A DNA stretch of 64,000 bases from Eledone cirrhosa. Taxonomy: Eukaryota. Of this stretch, positions 1 to 12,333 are shown in pieces. Location: NCBI GenBank assembly GCA_964016885.1, contig OZ024749.1, positions 53,568,001-53,632,000 of the forward strand. The letters run 5' to 3'. The notes under the pieces are model-generated. The model made no database searches. It had not been told where the DNA came from and saw only the letters and a list, made by a program, of their open reading frames with translations. The stretch's first letter is position 1. Every line of letters begins with the position of its first letter. The translations under genes and the position numbers were made by a program.

Positions 1-365
1 TATGTATTTCTATTTAATCTTTTATATTTGTTATATGATGATAAAAACGCTTTTTCAAAAAAAAAACAAAAAAAAAAATGGGTGAAAAATTTTAAAATAA
101 GGCCCCGGAGGGTGTGTGACCCTAAGTTACGGCTTATCGAGTTTATAGGTAAATCCAACACTGAGAACTGCCAATCTCTCCATCTATGGGATTCTTTCAG
201 CTGATATCGTAATCGAAACCAATAACATAATATCAGTTTTAGTGAATTCTAGATCATATTTTGTTCTATCAATACATATGTTATTGTCCTTTACTACAGT
301 GAGTCATGCGACTGCGAACTCTTGGCTATTTTGTTTCAGTCATACAGGAACGTAAACAGACACAC

Positions 366-401
<36 letters not shown>

Positions 402-2018
402 ATTGTATTGTTAACTTCCTTGTTAGTTTATATACACAGACGTTAGTAGCCAATGTGTTAGAATGAACTGGAGGATCACTGAATATCGGTCTCTACTGAA
501 ACACCCACTATCTATTCTCATTGTGTTTGCTATCGTCACACACAATGAAACCTCGTATTTAAATTAGGTAACATTTACTACTTACATCGTTTAGTGTTGA
601 AATTAAATAAAAGTTTTGTTTATATCCGGTTTAAATATTTCTAGAGCAGTGAAGTAATCAGAAATTACCCAGACTTTATTATAATTTATTTTTCTTTCTA
701 TAAATGAAGTGTTGCATTAGTTTCGTATGTAAGTATATATATAGAAGACACGCCTCTTGATTTATTTCAATACAAACTCTATTCATAATTGTTGCTTTAA
801 AAAATAATTGAAATTAGGTGTGTTCCTATACTACGTCTGATAAAATAAATATAAAAGACTAGGTCCACACGTCTATCACTTCGTTTGTATACAACTTCAA
901 TTAGAAGGTATTTATTCACTTTTCTTTTAAATTTTATCAAGACTAAAAACAGTTTTCTAGGTTTGTAATTTGAAGCAAGCAACTGTTGTATATATCAACT
1001 CCACTATCTCTGAACACTCCACTAATATCCTTAATCACAACAAATACGTACGTACGTGTATACTTCTGATTTTATGTGTATATTTTACTTTCTGTGTACT
1101 TTCGGGTCCCAAATAATAAGGGAGGCGGTCGGACAAGCGGAATGGTGTTGGAAAATCGGTAATTTTTTTAGGTTGTCTCCGTTGATGGTTTTAAAAACCA
1201 GAATTAGTAATTTAGTTTACATATTGAGACCCTAATCCATCCTATTTATTTTATAACGTATGGGATTTCTATTAATGTACTTTTTTTGTCATGTACGTAT
1301 AATGATTTCCTTATTACTCTGATGTTTCGCCTGTTTACCACAGAATTATCAGATGATCCTGTGATAAACAGCTGAAACTCCAGAATAACAAGACTCACTT
1401 TTATCTTTAATAATAATTATTTTTACTTTTGGCACAAAGCCAGCAATTATCCCAGTGTATTACTGGTACTTTATTTTATCGATCCCGTAAAGATGAAAGG
1501 CACAGTTATCCTTAATAATAATGAATATTAAAACTCTACTTCTATGGGAGGGACCAACAGACTCTACACTCCAGTTTGGGTGGTATCTCTCAGTTATGTC
1601 CTGTGGACAAGGGCATTGTCACCCAGAGTGGACAGTGACACCTGTTGCAACAGCCACTCCACCTCATGGAGCTCCTTGCTTAGGCTACCATTTTTCCAAT
1701 TTTGTGAAGGAAAGTAGCAGTTCGGCACTTAGGACACCTGAATTAAATAAACAATTGACTGATAAGTTTAAGAAAGCTGGTACAATGTAGTAGAAGACAA
1801 AGGATGACAAAAAAAAACAAGTAATGTTTTACCCTGTGTATTTCAACATGATATTTCAGGGCTAGTATCCTCTTTAACTGTTGAAATACTACTTTAAATA
1901 AACATTTTATGGTGTGGTTTTATGAAATATTACAAGACCTACTTGTTACTGTGTTAATGACTAAAATAATGTTTATAATTTTCATTCCTCATTTCAGATA
2001 TATACCACATAAGGCATT

Positions 2019-3173
2019 ATGGTTGAAGAAAATGATGTAAAGCTTGTTGGTTCTTCTTTGACTAAATTTACGCATGACTTATACAATGAGCTTAACTCTT
2101 TTAAAGGTGAAGGGAGCAATATATTCATATCTCCTTACAGTATTTATGCTGCTTTATCGATGGTTTATGCAGGAGCTAGAAATAATACTGCATCGCAAAT
2201 GGAAAAAGTGCTGCAGATTGAGGGATCAACAAAAAATGTGGTGCACGAAGCTCATAAAAAATATCTTAGCAAATTAGAAAAAAATAAAGATTGCGACTTG
2301 AATACTGCAAACCGTTTGTATGTGAATAAGAATTTTGAGATTCTGAAGGAATATTTTGAAAAACTTAAGGAGATGTACCATTCAGAAAGTAAAAATTTGG
2401 ATTTTAGTCATGCATCAAAAGCTTCCGAAGAAATTAATAACTGGGTTGAAGATGTTACAAATGGTAAAATCCAAAATATTATTCCTGATGGATTTTTAAA
2501 TGCTAATACTGCTCTTGTTTTAGTGAATGCAATATATTTTAAAGGTCAATGGAATTATAAATTTGACCCCAATGTAACAAAATCTGAAGACTTCTTCAAA
2601 AGCTCTTCTGAGAAAGTAGCTGTTGATATGATGTTTATAAAAAAAAGGTTCTCGCTGAGAAGGGATTCTGAAAATGATTGCCAGATCCTAGAGTTGCCAT
2701 ACCAAGGTTCTTGTCTGCGCATGTTTGTAATTTTACCAAACCAGATAGATGGCATTGCAGAATTGGAAGAAAAAATAACATCAGATTTTCTTCAGTCTAT
2801 TATAGATGACAAACAATTTAGCTTTCATGAAGTAGAAGTAAAACTTCCTAAATTCAAGGTGGAGACTAGTTTTGAGTTAGCAAAGCATTTGTCATCTTTG
2901 GGAATGTCAGAACTTTTTAATGCACAGCAAGTTAATTTGTCAGGAATTAGTAATTTGTCGCTCTACGTCAGTGAAGTATTCCACAAGGCTTTTGTTGAAG
3001 TCAATGAACAAGGTACAGAAGCAGCAGCAGCAACAGCTGTTGCCATGAATCGTTGTGCAATGATAAAGAAGCAAGAACCAATCAAATTTATTGCTAATCA
3101 TCCATTCATATTCCTTATTCTTGACAAAGCATCACACATGATCTTATTCATGGGGAAATTCTGCAACCCATAA
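2019..3173 (+). CDS. Intracellular clade-B-like serpin (leukocyte elastase inhibitor-like), single coding exon, 384 aa
   Basis: Serpin motifs NIFISPYSI, LVNAIYFKGQW, hinge EVNEQGTEAAAAT and signature FIANHPFIFLI...ILFMGK; no signal peptide; splice acceptor tttcag at 1992-1997 just upstream of the ATG implies a non-coding 5' exon. Confidence 0.96.
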   Translation: MVEENDVKLVGSSLTKFTHDLYNELNSFKGEGSNIFISPYSIYAALSMVYAGARNNTASQMEKVLQIEGSTKNVVHEAHKKYLSKLEKNKDCDLNTANRLYVNKNFEILKEYFEKLKEMYHSESKNLDFSHASKASEEINNWVEDVTNGKIQNIIPDGFLNANTALVLVNAIYFKGQWNYKFDPNVTKSEDFFKSSSEKVAVDMMFIKKRFSLRRDSENDCQILELPYQGSCLRMFVILPNQIDGIAELEEKITSDFLQSIIDDKQFSFHEVEVKLPKFKVETSFELAKHLSSLGMSELFNAQQVNLSGISNLSLYVSEVFHKAFVEVNEQGTEAAAATAVAMNRCAMIKKQEPIKFIANHPFIFLILDKASHMILFMGKFCNP

Positions 3174-6100
3174 ACTTATTTTATCTTCTACAAAACAGCA
3201 TTTCTTTTTCTTTTCTTATCACAATGCTTCATGTTCTTACAGCATTAACCCTTTTATAACTGCATTTCTAATGAAATACATTAGAGTGTTTCAGCCCTGA
3301 ACTTCTTACACTCTAAAAGGGGGCTGGGCCGTATCCAGGTCATGACTCCTGGGTGTTCTTCTGCTGATGCTTAGCCATTTCATAATGCTTCATGTTCTTA
3401 TAATATTAACCCTTTCATGACTGCATTTCTAATTAAATACACTATATCTTAATGAGGTATTTACTCAAATCATTCATATTTCTTATTCTTTACAAAGTAT
3501 CCCTTTACGTTCTGAGTTCAAATCCTGCCAAGGTTAGCTTTGCTTTTCATCCTTATTGGTTCGATAAAATAAAGTACCGATAATCATGGGGCCAATTTAA
3601 TCGATCTTCTCCTCCCCCCAAATTATTGACCTCGTGCTTAAATCAGAAACCATTATTTTGGAAATTCTCTGCCTCCCATCAAAATATTTTTTGTTTCTAT
3701 TTTGAAATCAAAGTTGAGAAAAAAGAGATATCATAACCTTGGCTGTTGAAGTAAATACAGTTAAGTCAGAATTGAAAACATTATTTAATTATTAATAAAT
3801 AATTATTATTTCATTAGTAAGATAGTAACTTAATGTAAGGTTCTTATATAAAATTATGTTAGAAGATTTTAATTCATATAGGAAATCTTTAAAATGGGTG
3901 ATTTTATCTCAGAATCAGAGCCGGTTTTGGCCAGGCTGGTAACAAAAGGGTTAAAATATATAACATATTTTAAATAAATTCATAATATTCCTTCACTGAT
4001 GTTTAACATTTCTGAAATTGATTTTCAATAATTAAGGCACTAGGCCAGCAAATTTTAAAAGAAGAGGAAAGTCAATTAAATCAAACCTAGAATTTCACTG
4101 GTACTTTATTTTTATCAAATTTGGAAGGAGGGCAGAGTTAAACCGGGCATTATTTGAACTTAGAATGTAAAGAGCCAGAAAAAACATTTTGTCTAACACC
4201 AACAATTATACCGATCCACTGCATTTATAAATTGAAATAAATTAACAAAAAAATTAAACAGAAAAAAAAAGCTAATTATCTGACAATATTTTGCCATATA
4301 TTTTCTATATCAGTTTGTTGATTATTAAATAAATATCTATAATTCAGTTCATATTGTTTTGTCCTGTAATTTCATGACATTTTCAGAAAGAAATTTTTTT
4401 TCTTTTCTTAGGTGTGAAGGGTGAGATGTGACTATGTCATTCATTAACCTTCTAAGGCAAGTCCAAGCTTCAAGGAAGGGTTACATAGGGTTGATGTGCA
4501 AAGATGTCCTCAATTAGATTTGAACTCAGAATGTAAAAAAGAGCAAATATGATACTGTAAATGTGGTTGACATTGGGAAGGTTATCCAGCTGTAGAAACC
4601 AAGCCAGAACCAGTTCTGTAAGAGAAAGACATGGTCACCTGATCTGACTTGTCTCGTAACAGGACAACTCGTCTAACTCATGCTAGTGTGGAAAAATGGC
4701 CATAGAACTGTTAGATGATGTCCATCTGATGTATCTAAGTTGTCTTTAACAAAGAAATTACTTGGTAGACATTTAAGAGAAGCAGTAAACCTTTTTTTAC
4801 AAAGTTGGATAAATAGTTAATTAGAAGAATATAATGGAATTTCTCACAGACGAACAGTATCTGATCCTGGTTGACAGAACCTGGATTATTCTGAACCTCC
4901 TCTGTCACATGAAAGCGAGTTGTCAATTTTTTTTTGTTGCTAGGAACCTTATAAATGTACAAAAATATATGATCAAAGCGAGAGGAAAAACAAGCAAAAA
5001 AAAAAAATCTAAAAGTGTCAATCAATCACACAAAAGCCAACATGCTTGCAGCATTGGCGAGGGCGAGGCTAAGACACTGAAACAGCCAAGCATCCTTACA
5101 GGCATCACCCAACATCTCAGTAAGGCAAGCCACCAACGATGACAAGAACTTTGCTGTCAGTGGCCCATCTCTCCACAAAACGTAGTTCCCAGTAATTTAG
5201 GATTTTATTTTGTTCGGCTATTCAAGTTATTCTTGAAATGTATAAAACAGCATTATGACGACACCACATTAAAAATTAGTGTCTTTGTTTACTGCAAGTT
5301 TTCACAATGATCTGTCTGCTAGTATAGATACTATAAACATCTGAATTAACCTATTTTAAGATATTTTGTTAAATTATTACAGGATGTTATGAGTCAAGCT
5401 TGAATTTGAAAATTCTTTTATCGTTTTACACCCCCTTTCCATACTGGCATGGGGTAATTAAATATATTTGTTGCAAATATTCTTCACCGCACCCTATGTA
5501 TATTATATTTTATAGTCATAATATTATCAATGGTTCAAAGTCGCCTATAGAACTGCTGTTTGATCAAACTAAAGAACTATGAAGGTGATCAGATCCTAAC
5601 CCCAACCACCCTTTAACTAATAAATTAATAATTTCCGACGGTTTTGAAGGTCAGATTCGTTCAAAACATTAAAAAAAAAATAATTACTGGTATTTTAGAA
5701 TTTCATTCCGTTTGGCTATATATGCAGTGACCTTAAAGTGTATCTGGTGAATATGGCGAGATATTTTCGTTTTCTTATTTTAAGCACTAATTAATATAAA
5801 AGCTTTCCAAATCCCGAAGACTGCTTTTTTTTTTATATCCCTTCCCCTAAAAAAAGGTATAAATTACTTAGATATTGTAGAAATTCCAAACTACAGTCTA
5901 TTGCTATAATTAATATAATCGAGTAAAACACCCCTAGAGACGGAGAAAGTGGCCAACTGCAGCCGCTACAGTGGGGAGGAGGGGTAGTTAAAAATCCACG
6001 TTAAAACGAAGAATAAAAATATGAAAACAGTTCGGTCAAGTATTTGGCATACGTCAAGACGGGCGGTCTCAAAAGTGAAATTAATTTTTGACAGTGAAAG

Positions 6101-6177
6101 TATAATGCAGACACACGCAATTGTATGGATTTCTTAATATATATATATATATGTGTGGGTGTGTATATGTGTGTATG

Positions 6178-6210
<33 letters not shown>

Positions 6211-7062
6211 TTGTGTCATCATCATCGTTTAACGTCTATCTTCCACGCAAGCATGGGTTTAGACGTATATATATGTTTGTGTGTATATATGTGTTTGTGT
6301 GTATATATATGTGTCTGTATATATATATGTGTGTGTATGTATATATATATTTATGCACACATACACATTTGTATGAATTTGTAGATGTATATATATATGC
6401 ATGTACACAATTGTATGTTTTTTTTTTAAATAATGACATTGTGTGTTGAAATAAATAAATATTGAAAATCCTTATTACACCCTATCACAATACACAAAAA
6501 AAGAAAGAAAAAAAAATCACGTACACGCAATACTAATTAACACCATATCACTATAGATACCTGTTGTAAAAAAACAAACAAATTCACAATCCAAATTGAA
6601 AGTAACCACCTACGTAACTGTCAAAAATTAGTTTCACTTTTGAGACCGCCCGTCTTGACGTATGCCCAAGTATTTTGCCATAATAATATCGATATCAACA
6701 AAGAAGTAAAAATTAAAGAGAGAAAAATAAAAAACGAAAGCAAAGCTCATGTTTGTTTTCAAATAAACAATATTGTCAAGCTTCCAGTGAAGCGGTGAAA
6801 ATAAAAGGTTCGCCGTGTAAAAATAATCCGTGTAAACAGTAACATTTTTGAAAGGCTTTAAAACCTTTACCAGTTGAAATTAAGCAAGGACCTTTGTAAT
6901 TAAATGGTTAAAATTAAACAGTGGACGAAAGGTGCACACTAAAAGACCAGTGCTTTCCTATAAGTCATCTTTTGTGCTAACGGAATTATAATTGACGACG
7001 TTTAAGCTAATTGTTATAATTAAATACAGTCCAACTATTTGAACCGGCAAATCACCTTCATA

Positions 7063-7162
7063 CCAATCACGTGGCCAATTATTAACTTTCTTCCATCTTG
7101 TAATTAGTTTCATACCCTTTAATTCCTAACCTGACTCCTTCTCTCACCACAAAGAGGTGAGC
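7063..7162 (+). promoter_or_regulatory. Candidate promoter and non-coding first exon, possibly for the SLC25 carrier gene
   Basis: CCAAT-CACGTG-GCCAAT cluster (two CCAAT boxes flanking an E-box) at 7063-7079, then a good donor AAAGAG|gtgagc at 7156/7157; assignment to the carrier gene is inference. Confidence 0.3.
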
Positions 7163-7484
7163 TTATTCAATTTACTTTATTTACATTGCTAATAGCCTCG
7201 TCATTGGAATGGTATTATTTCCATTCTTATTGCTGTACATTTGTAATCTCTTATTTATATAGTCAATGAAAATACTACACACAAGCCATATATTATTTTT
7301 GTGTGTAAACTTGGTTTTCTCTTTCGTTTTCTTATATGATTAATTATAGTGTCGCATTTTAAATCACTGGTAAATGAAATAATTATCTTATGTTGTTTAT
7401 TACATAACTATATATATATATATTCATTTTATAAATAGTGACGCTTGTTATTCTGGAGTTCGCCTGTTTATATATGTGTGTGTG

Positions 7485-7518
<34 letters not shown>

Positions 7519-7526
7519 GGAACGAG

Positions 7527-7604
7527 TAGGACCCCGACGGCTAATTCTGGACTCCAGCCAGAATTAGCCGTCGAAACGGCTTGAGCTCAGCCGTCGGGTT
7601 CCTA
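7527..7604 (+). ncRNA. Hammerhead-like three-way junction with non-canonical core, inside a (TA)n insert
   Basis: TAGGACCC...GGGTTCCTA (stem I), long hairpin GACGGCTAATTCTGG/CCAGAATTAGCCGTC, then GAAA-CGGCT-loop-AGCCG-TC; CUGANGA box absent or altered to CCGACGG. Confidence 0.4.
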
Positions 7605-7682
7605 TTACCCACTCTACTACCCTAAATATTGAGTACTTTGGTGCGTTATGATTCATCTGGTTCCATACCACATTTCCTTCGT

Positions 7683-7714
<32 letters not shown>

Positions 7715-8086
7715 GATGACTCAATCTCTACTTAGGTATTGAGTACTCATTCCCGCGCCGTCAATGTAACTTTCTCTCTTTTGAATTAGTTGATATAAAC
7801 TTAAATAACTCCCCAGTTAACCAGTGGTTAACAAATTTAAAAAATAAATTATTTTATTCACAGCGCACTTTAAACATGTAACAATATCTGAGCGCACTAT
7901 TTGCTTTAATTCCAACATTTATTTTAAAATGGTATTTAAATGTATTAGCATAGTATATATAGAACTATAGATAATTTAAAAAATGCAGAAAAAATTTGTA
8001 CTTTTTAAAATTAATGAATAGAACAAAGTTTCTAATAAGAAAAATGAGTTTTGTGTAGATTATTGGAGGCTGGGGGGGGGGGGGGG

Positions 8087-8447
8087 TGATGTTTTCGTTC
8101 GTAGTTTGTTGCACCACTTTGACAGTTATATATATTTTAAACATGAACTTTGTTAGTCTCTATTAGAGGCATCTAATTACATCTGGCGACACACCAGACG
8201 TGTCATCTGAGGTGCACAGTTTGAGAACCATTTGTGTAAATATTACACGTGTCTAGTTTACATCATGATGTTTTCGTTCGTAGTTTGATTGTTGCACCAC
8301 TTTGACAGTTATATATATTTTAAACATGAACTTTGTTAGTCTCTATTAGAGGCATCTAATTACATCTGGCGACACACCAGACGTGTCATCTGAGGTGCAC
8401 AGTTTGAGAACCATTTGTGTAAATATTACACGTGTCTAGATTACATC
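8087..8447. repeat. Direct tandem duplication of about 180 bp
   Basis: tgatgttttcgttcgtagtttg...ttacacgtgtctag occurs at 8087 and again at 8266. Confidence 0.85.
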
Positions 8448-8550
8448 TGCTTCAACTAACTATAAATTATATATTTCAAACTTTCACAATATTTCGTAAA
8501 TCAACAGTTGTTTGTTTCTCTCTGTATGTATGTGTATATATATATATATA

Positions 8551-9905
8551 CACATGGACGCCAGTATAAAGTTCAGCATGGAACACCCCGATGACCGCGG
8601 ATCCCTATCCCTACTGGACTTCCAACTCAGGGTAACAGAGGAAGGCAACATCCACACCTGGTTCTATAAAAAAGCCGCCAGCAGGGACCTGTTCGTACAT
8701 TTCAGATCGGCCCTCCCACTCGGTGCCAAGTTCGGATACATAAGGAATGAACTGGCACGTATCCGGAACAAATGCACCGACGCTAGAGACCGAGACGCAC
8801 ACACCACACATTTCCTGGAAGTACTCAAACTGAACGGATACACGACATCCACCACAAACCGTGCCAGAAAGAACAGGGGACACCACACTAGAGGCACTAA
8901 CACTTGCTTCCTGAAGCTCCCACACTTCAGTGAAGAAACAACAACAGCCATCCGCAGAGCTATCAGACGAGAGGGACTAGATATCCAACTGGCCCACTCA
9001 GGTCCTTCTCTACGCGGACAGCTAACCAAAAGACACTCCACCAGACATGACAACTGCTGCAGACTAGCCAACTGCCCCATCAACGACACAGACCAATGCC
9101 ACCAGGCTTACGTCGTATACAGACTAGAGTGTGACAAATGCAACAACTTCTACGTAGGTAGCACCACCAGACCACTCCACATAAGAATAAAAGAACACCT
9201 CAATACTAACGCTTCCTCATTTAAGAAACACCTAGTTAAATGCAAAAACACCGACAAAACCATAACAGTTAGGATAGAAACTAAGGAAAGAAACCTCGGC
9301 AATCTTAGAATTAAGGAAACACTAATTATAGATAAAATACAACCACCAATCTATAATAGACTAGAACTCAACACCCAATTTATAACTTGATAGAGCTTCT
9401 AGCCCCATATTTACACACACCCCACACACACACGCGCACACGCTTACCCCTCCACTTATTCTCTCTCACACATACACACACAAAACCAGTCCTAACACGA
9501 GATAACACCTATCCCCCACATTTACGAATAGACATATCTTCTCACACTCACACACACATACTTACACCTTCATGCATTCTCCCACACACTTAAACAGGCA
9601 TGTATATAAAAAAAACAAAAAAACAAAAACAAACCCCACTACTCTTTATCCACCTATTCTTAACTCTTTGACATTAGAGATAGAACAGATACTCTATACC
9701 ATTTCCTGTCAGCATGACTTGGCAAGCTATTTAGAACACTGGTTGACAACTTTACTTCGCTCTGAAGAAGAGATATTATCTCGAAAATTAAGGACATTTA
9801 AATAAATCTAAGGTAAAAGATTAATTGTCAACAAAAGCTTTTGCATTTGCATTCTTTATTCTATGTCCATACCTGCATTATTTTGGCTTTATTATACATA
9901 TACAA
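8551..9905 (+). mobile_element. 5'-truncated Penelope-like retroelement (RT thumb + GIY-YIG endonuclease, 3' pLTR-like region)
   Basis: ORF 8512-9390: SIKFSME...LSLLDF...FYKK (PLE RT C-terminus), Cys linker CCRLANCPINDTDQC, VVYRLECDKCNNFYVGST...RIKEH...KETLII...PPIYN (GIY-YIG); begins and ends in (TA)n. Confidence 0.88.
9751..9818 (+). ncRNA. Degenerate hammerhead motif in the Penelope 3' region
   Basis: CTGAAGA (9762-9768), A, GAGAT-ATT-ATCTC hairpin, GAAA (9783-9786); stems I and III imperfect. Confidence 0.35.
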
Positions 9906-10291
9906 ACGTTTATATATATATATAGAAATAAATGATGTCATGAAATTACATAGTAGCAAAGTTCACATTTTTCTCCCAAACAAATATACTGACAATAATA
10001 TATTGTAGTTAGTTTGAAATTACAAATACAAATGCCATAGCTGTCAACATTCAACACACACATAACTTTGATAGGTTTCGGCCAGTATTGGTCCAGGGCC
10101 GTGTCTAACTTTATAGCACCATCACATGAAAATATAGACTCAAAACGAAAGAAAACATTTAGACAACACTGTTTCAATCGGTCATACATCATAAAAGTTG
10201 ATGGAACCACTCTCTCTCTACTAGATTGTCACGACTTTCAGTTCTGACTGATGGCTAAATCAGTATTTCTCAATTTTTTTCTTTCTTGAGG

Positions 10292-10356
<65 letters not shown>

Positions 10357-10953
10357 CATAAAACATGTCTATAGAATCACCAGATAAAATATATATCATT
10401 TCCTCTCCCAATTAGCATAATCAACTATATAAAAAATCGAATAGACCAGGCTATAAGAATAAAGCTTCTATGAGGAAATCTCCAACAAACAACCGAAACT
10501 AGCCCTTCGCTTCGGCGGCTGCGATGGAATATTTATCGAATATTTTGATAGCGTAATCGCCCAGATATACAGTTAATTAAACAGAATTAGGTGTAAAATA
10601 AACTAGGAGAAAAGAGAATACATTTATTTACCTCTACCATGGTTTCGTCCGCATTTTGAGACTTCAGAAACTCGAGCATCGGACTCTTCAGGAGTTTGCT
10701 CTAATCTAGACAATAAATTTTCAAAAGTGATCGCACCAAGAATACATTCAAAAATGACTAAGAATCGTGACGTAGCAGCGGTCAGGTTGGAAGGAGTGTG
10801 GTAGTTGCTTATGGCTGGTGGCTTTTTGCTAGAAAACACAGCACAATACAGCCAAATTTGTATCTCAACCTAATGGGAGATTATATATATATATATGTTG
10901 ATTTAACACTTCACTGCTCACAAGAGTTTTTTAAGCTTCATATCATGTCTCCC

Positions 10954-11024
10954 TATTTTATCTGATGAGAACGCAAATATCATCCCATGATGATATTTGT
11001 TTTTGAAATGCGCATAATAAAATA
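10954..11024 (+). ncRNA. Type-I minimal hammerhead ribozyme (family A, copy 1)
   Basis: TATTTTAT-CTGATGA-stem II (GCAAATATCATC/GATGATATTTGT)-GAAA-TGCGCA-TA-ATAAAATA; palindromic stem III; AUA triplet. Confidence 0.8.
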
Positions 11025-11197
11025 CTTGGAACTCTTTTAACCATCTTTTGATCTTATATTATATATATATATATAAGTAGGAGGTGAGTTTTATTGTACA
11101 ATAAAGCAATGCAGATATCGGATAAGTAGCACTCTACAGTTTGTAGGACTGGAGTATAAATAATATAAGATCAAAAGATGGTTAAAAGAGTTCCATG

Positions 11198-11268
11198 TAT
11201 TTTATTATGCGCATTTCAAAAACAAATATCATCATGAGATGACATTTGCGTTTTCGTCAGATAAAATA
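11198..11268 (-). ncRNA. Type-I minimal hammerhead ribozyme (family A, copy 2)
   Basis: Reverse complement of copy 3; core CTGACGA at 11260-11254. Confidence 0.8.
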
Positions 11269-11359
11269 GGGATACATGATATGATATTTTAAATCAACAT
11301 ATGTTGGTTTAAAACTCCACGATTCACAAGTGTTTTTTAACCTTCATATCATGTATCCC

Positions 11360-11430
11360 TATTTTATCTGACGAAAACGCAAATGTCATCTCATGATGAT
11401 ATTTGTTTTTGAAATGCGCATAATAAAATA
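11360..11430 (+). ncRNA. Type-I minimal hammerhead ribozyme (family A, copy 3)
   Basis: TATTTTAT-CTGACGA-stem II-GAAA(11411)-TGCGCA-TA-ATAAAATA. Confidence 0.8.
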
Positions 11431-11657
11431 CATGGAACTCTTTTAACCATCTTTTGATCTTATATTATATATATATATATATATACACACACATACATAT
11501 TAAATTTAGGTTTAATCGATACATATAAAATATATATCGATTATGCTTCTCAATAAAAAAAGCTCCATCAACATATGGAGAGCACACACACATAATATAT
11601 AATATATAAATGAAATGTGAGCATCCCAATGCAGAAATAACTACATTATAGTTACAA

Positions 11658-12030
11658 GGGCGGTGTTGGCAGTATTGGTAGAGGGTCAGACATGCTTTCC
11701 AGCGTAGTTACGTCCCTTTACGATCTGAGTTCAAATCCCACCGAGGTTAACTTTGCCTTTCATCCTTACGAGGTCGATAAAATAAAGTACCAGTAATGTA
11801 CTGGGTAATTGCTGGCCTTGTGCCAAAAGTAGAAACAATTATAGTTACAAGGGCGGTGGATTGGCAGTATCGGTAGAGAGTCGGACGCCATGCTTTCCAG
11901 CATAGTTACGTCCCTTTACGGTCTGAGTTCAAATCCCGTCGAGGTTCACTTTGCCTTTCATCCTTACCGGGTCGATAAAATAAAGCACTGGGTAATTGCT
12001 GGCCTTGTGCCAAAAGTAGAAACAATTATA
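11658..12030 (+). mobile_element. Two tandem tRNA-derived SINE copies
   Basis: A-box-like tggcagtatcggt and B-box gagttcaaatccc, body tttgcctttcatcc...gataaaataaagtacc; same family at about 1410-1510(-), 3505-3655, 21170-21390(-), 23175-23350, 26275-26460(-) and 62010-62220(-). Confidence 0.75.
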
Positions 12031-12277
12031 GTTATGTTGAGACGTTCAAATTTCAAACTTTCCCAATGCTTCATAAGTGAAAAGTTTAGTCAACTGTAAC
12101 AGCACAAGTCAATGAAAGGTTTTGTCACAGCTGTCACTTCTGCTCGTTCGCGCGTTTAATTATTCCATTACTCAAGGTTTCACGGAGTCAGACGATTCTA
12201 ACAGAAGCATCTGAATCCGTTCATCAGTTTGATATATCATTTAAACTTGGGTGTGTGTGTATGACTATATATATATA

Positions 12278-12326
<49 letters not shown>

Positions 12327-12333
12327 ATATATA

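Larger units (their letters stand above)
10895..11470. mobile_element. Non-coding hammerhead-bearing element cluster (three related copies: +, -, +) between (TA)n tracts
   Basis: About 165-bp unit at 10895-11060 (+), inverted at about 11157-11300 (-) and again at 11301-11470 (+); head-to-head axis caacat|atgttg at 11300/11301. Confidence 0.8.

Noticed and set aside
10060-10260. Two minus-strand GAAAC half-motifs (GGCC...GGCC-GAAAC and GAAACAGTGTTGTC)
   Set aside because: Core box and stem I could not be completed; too degenerate to call
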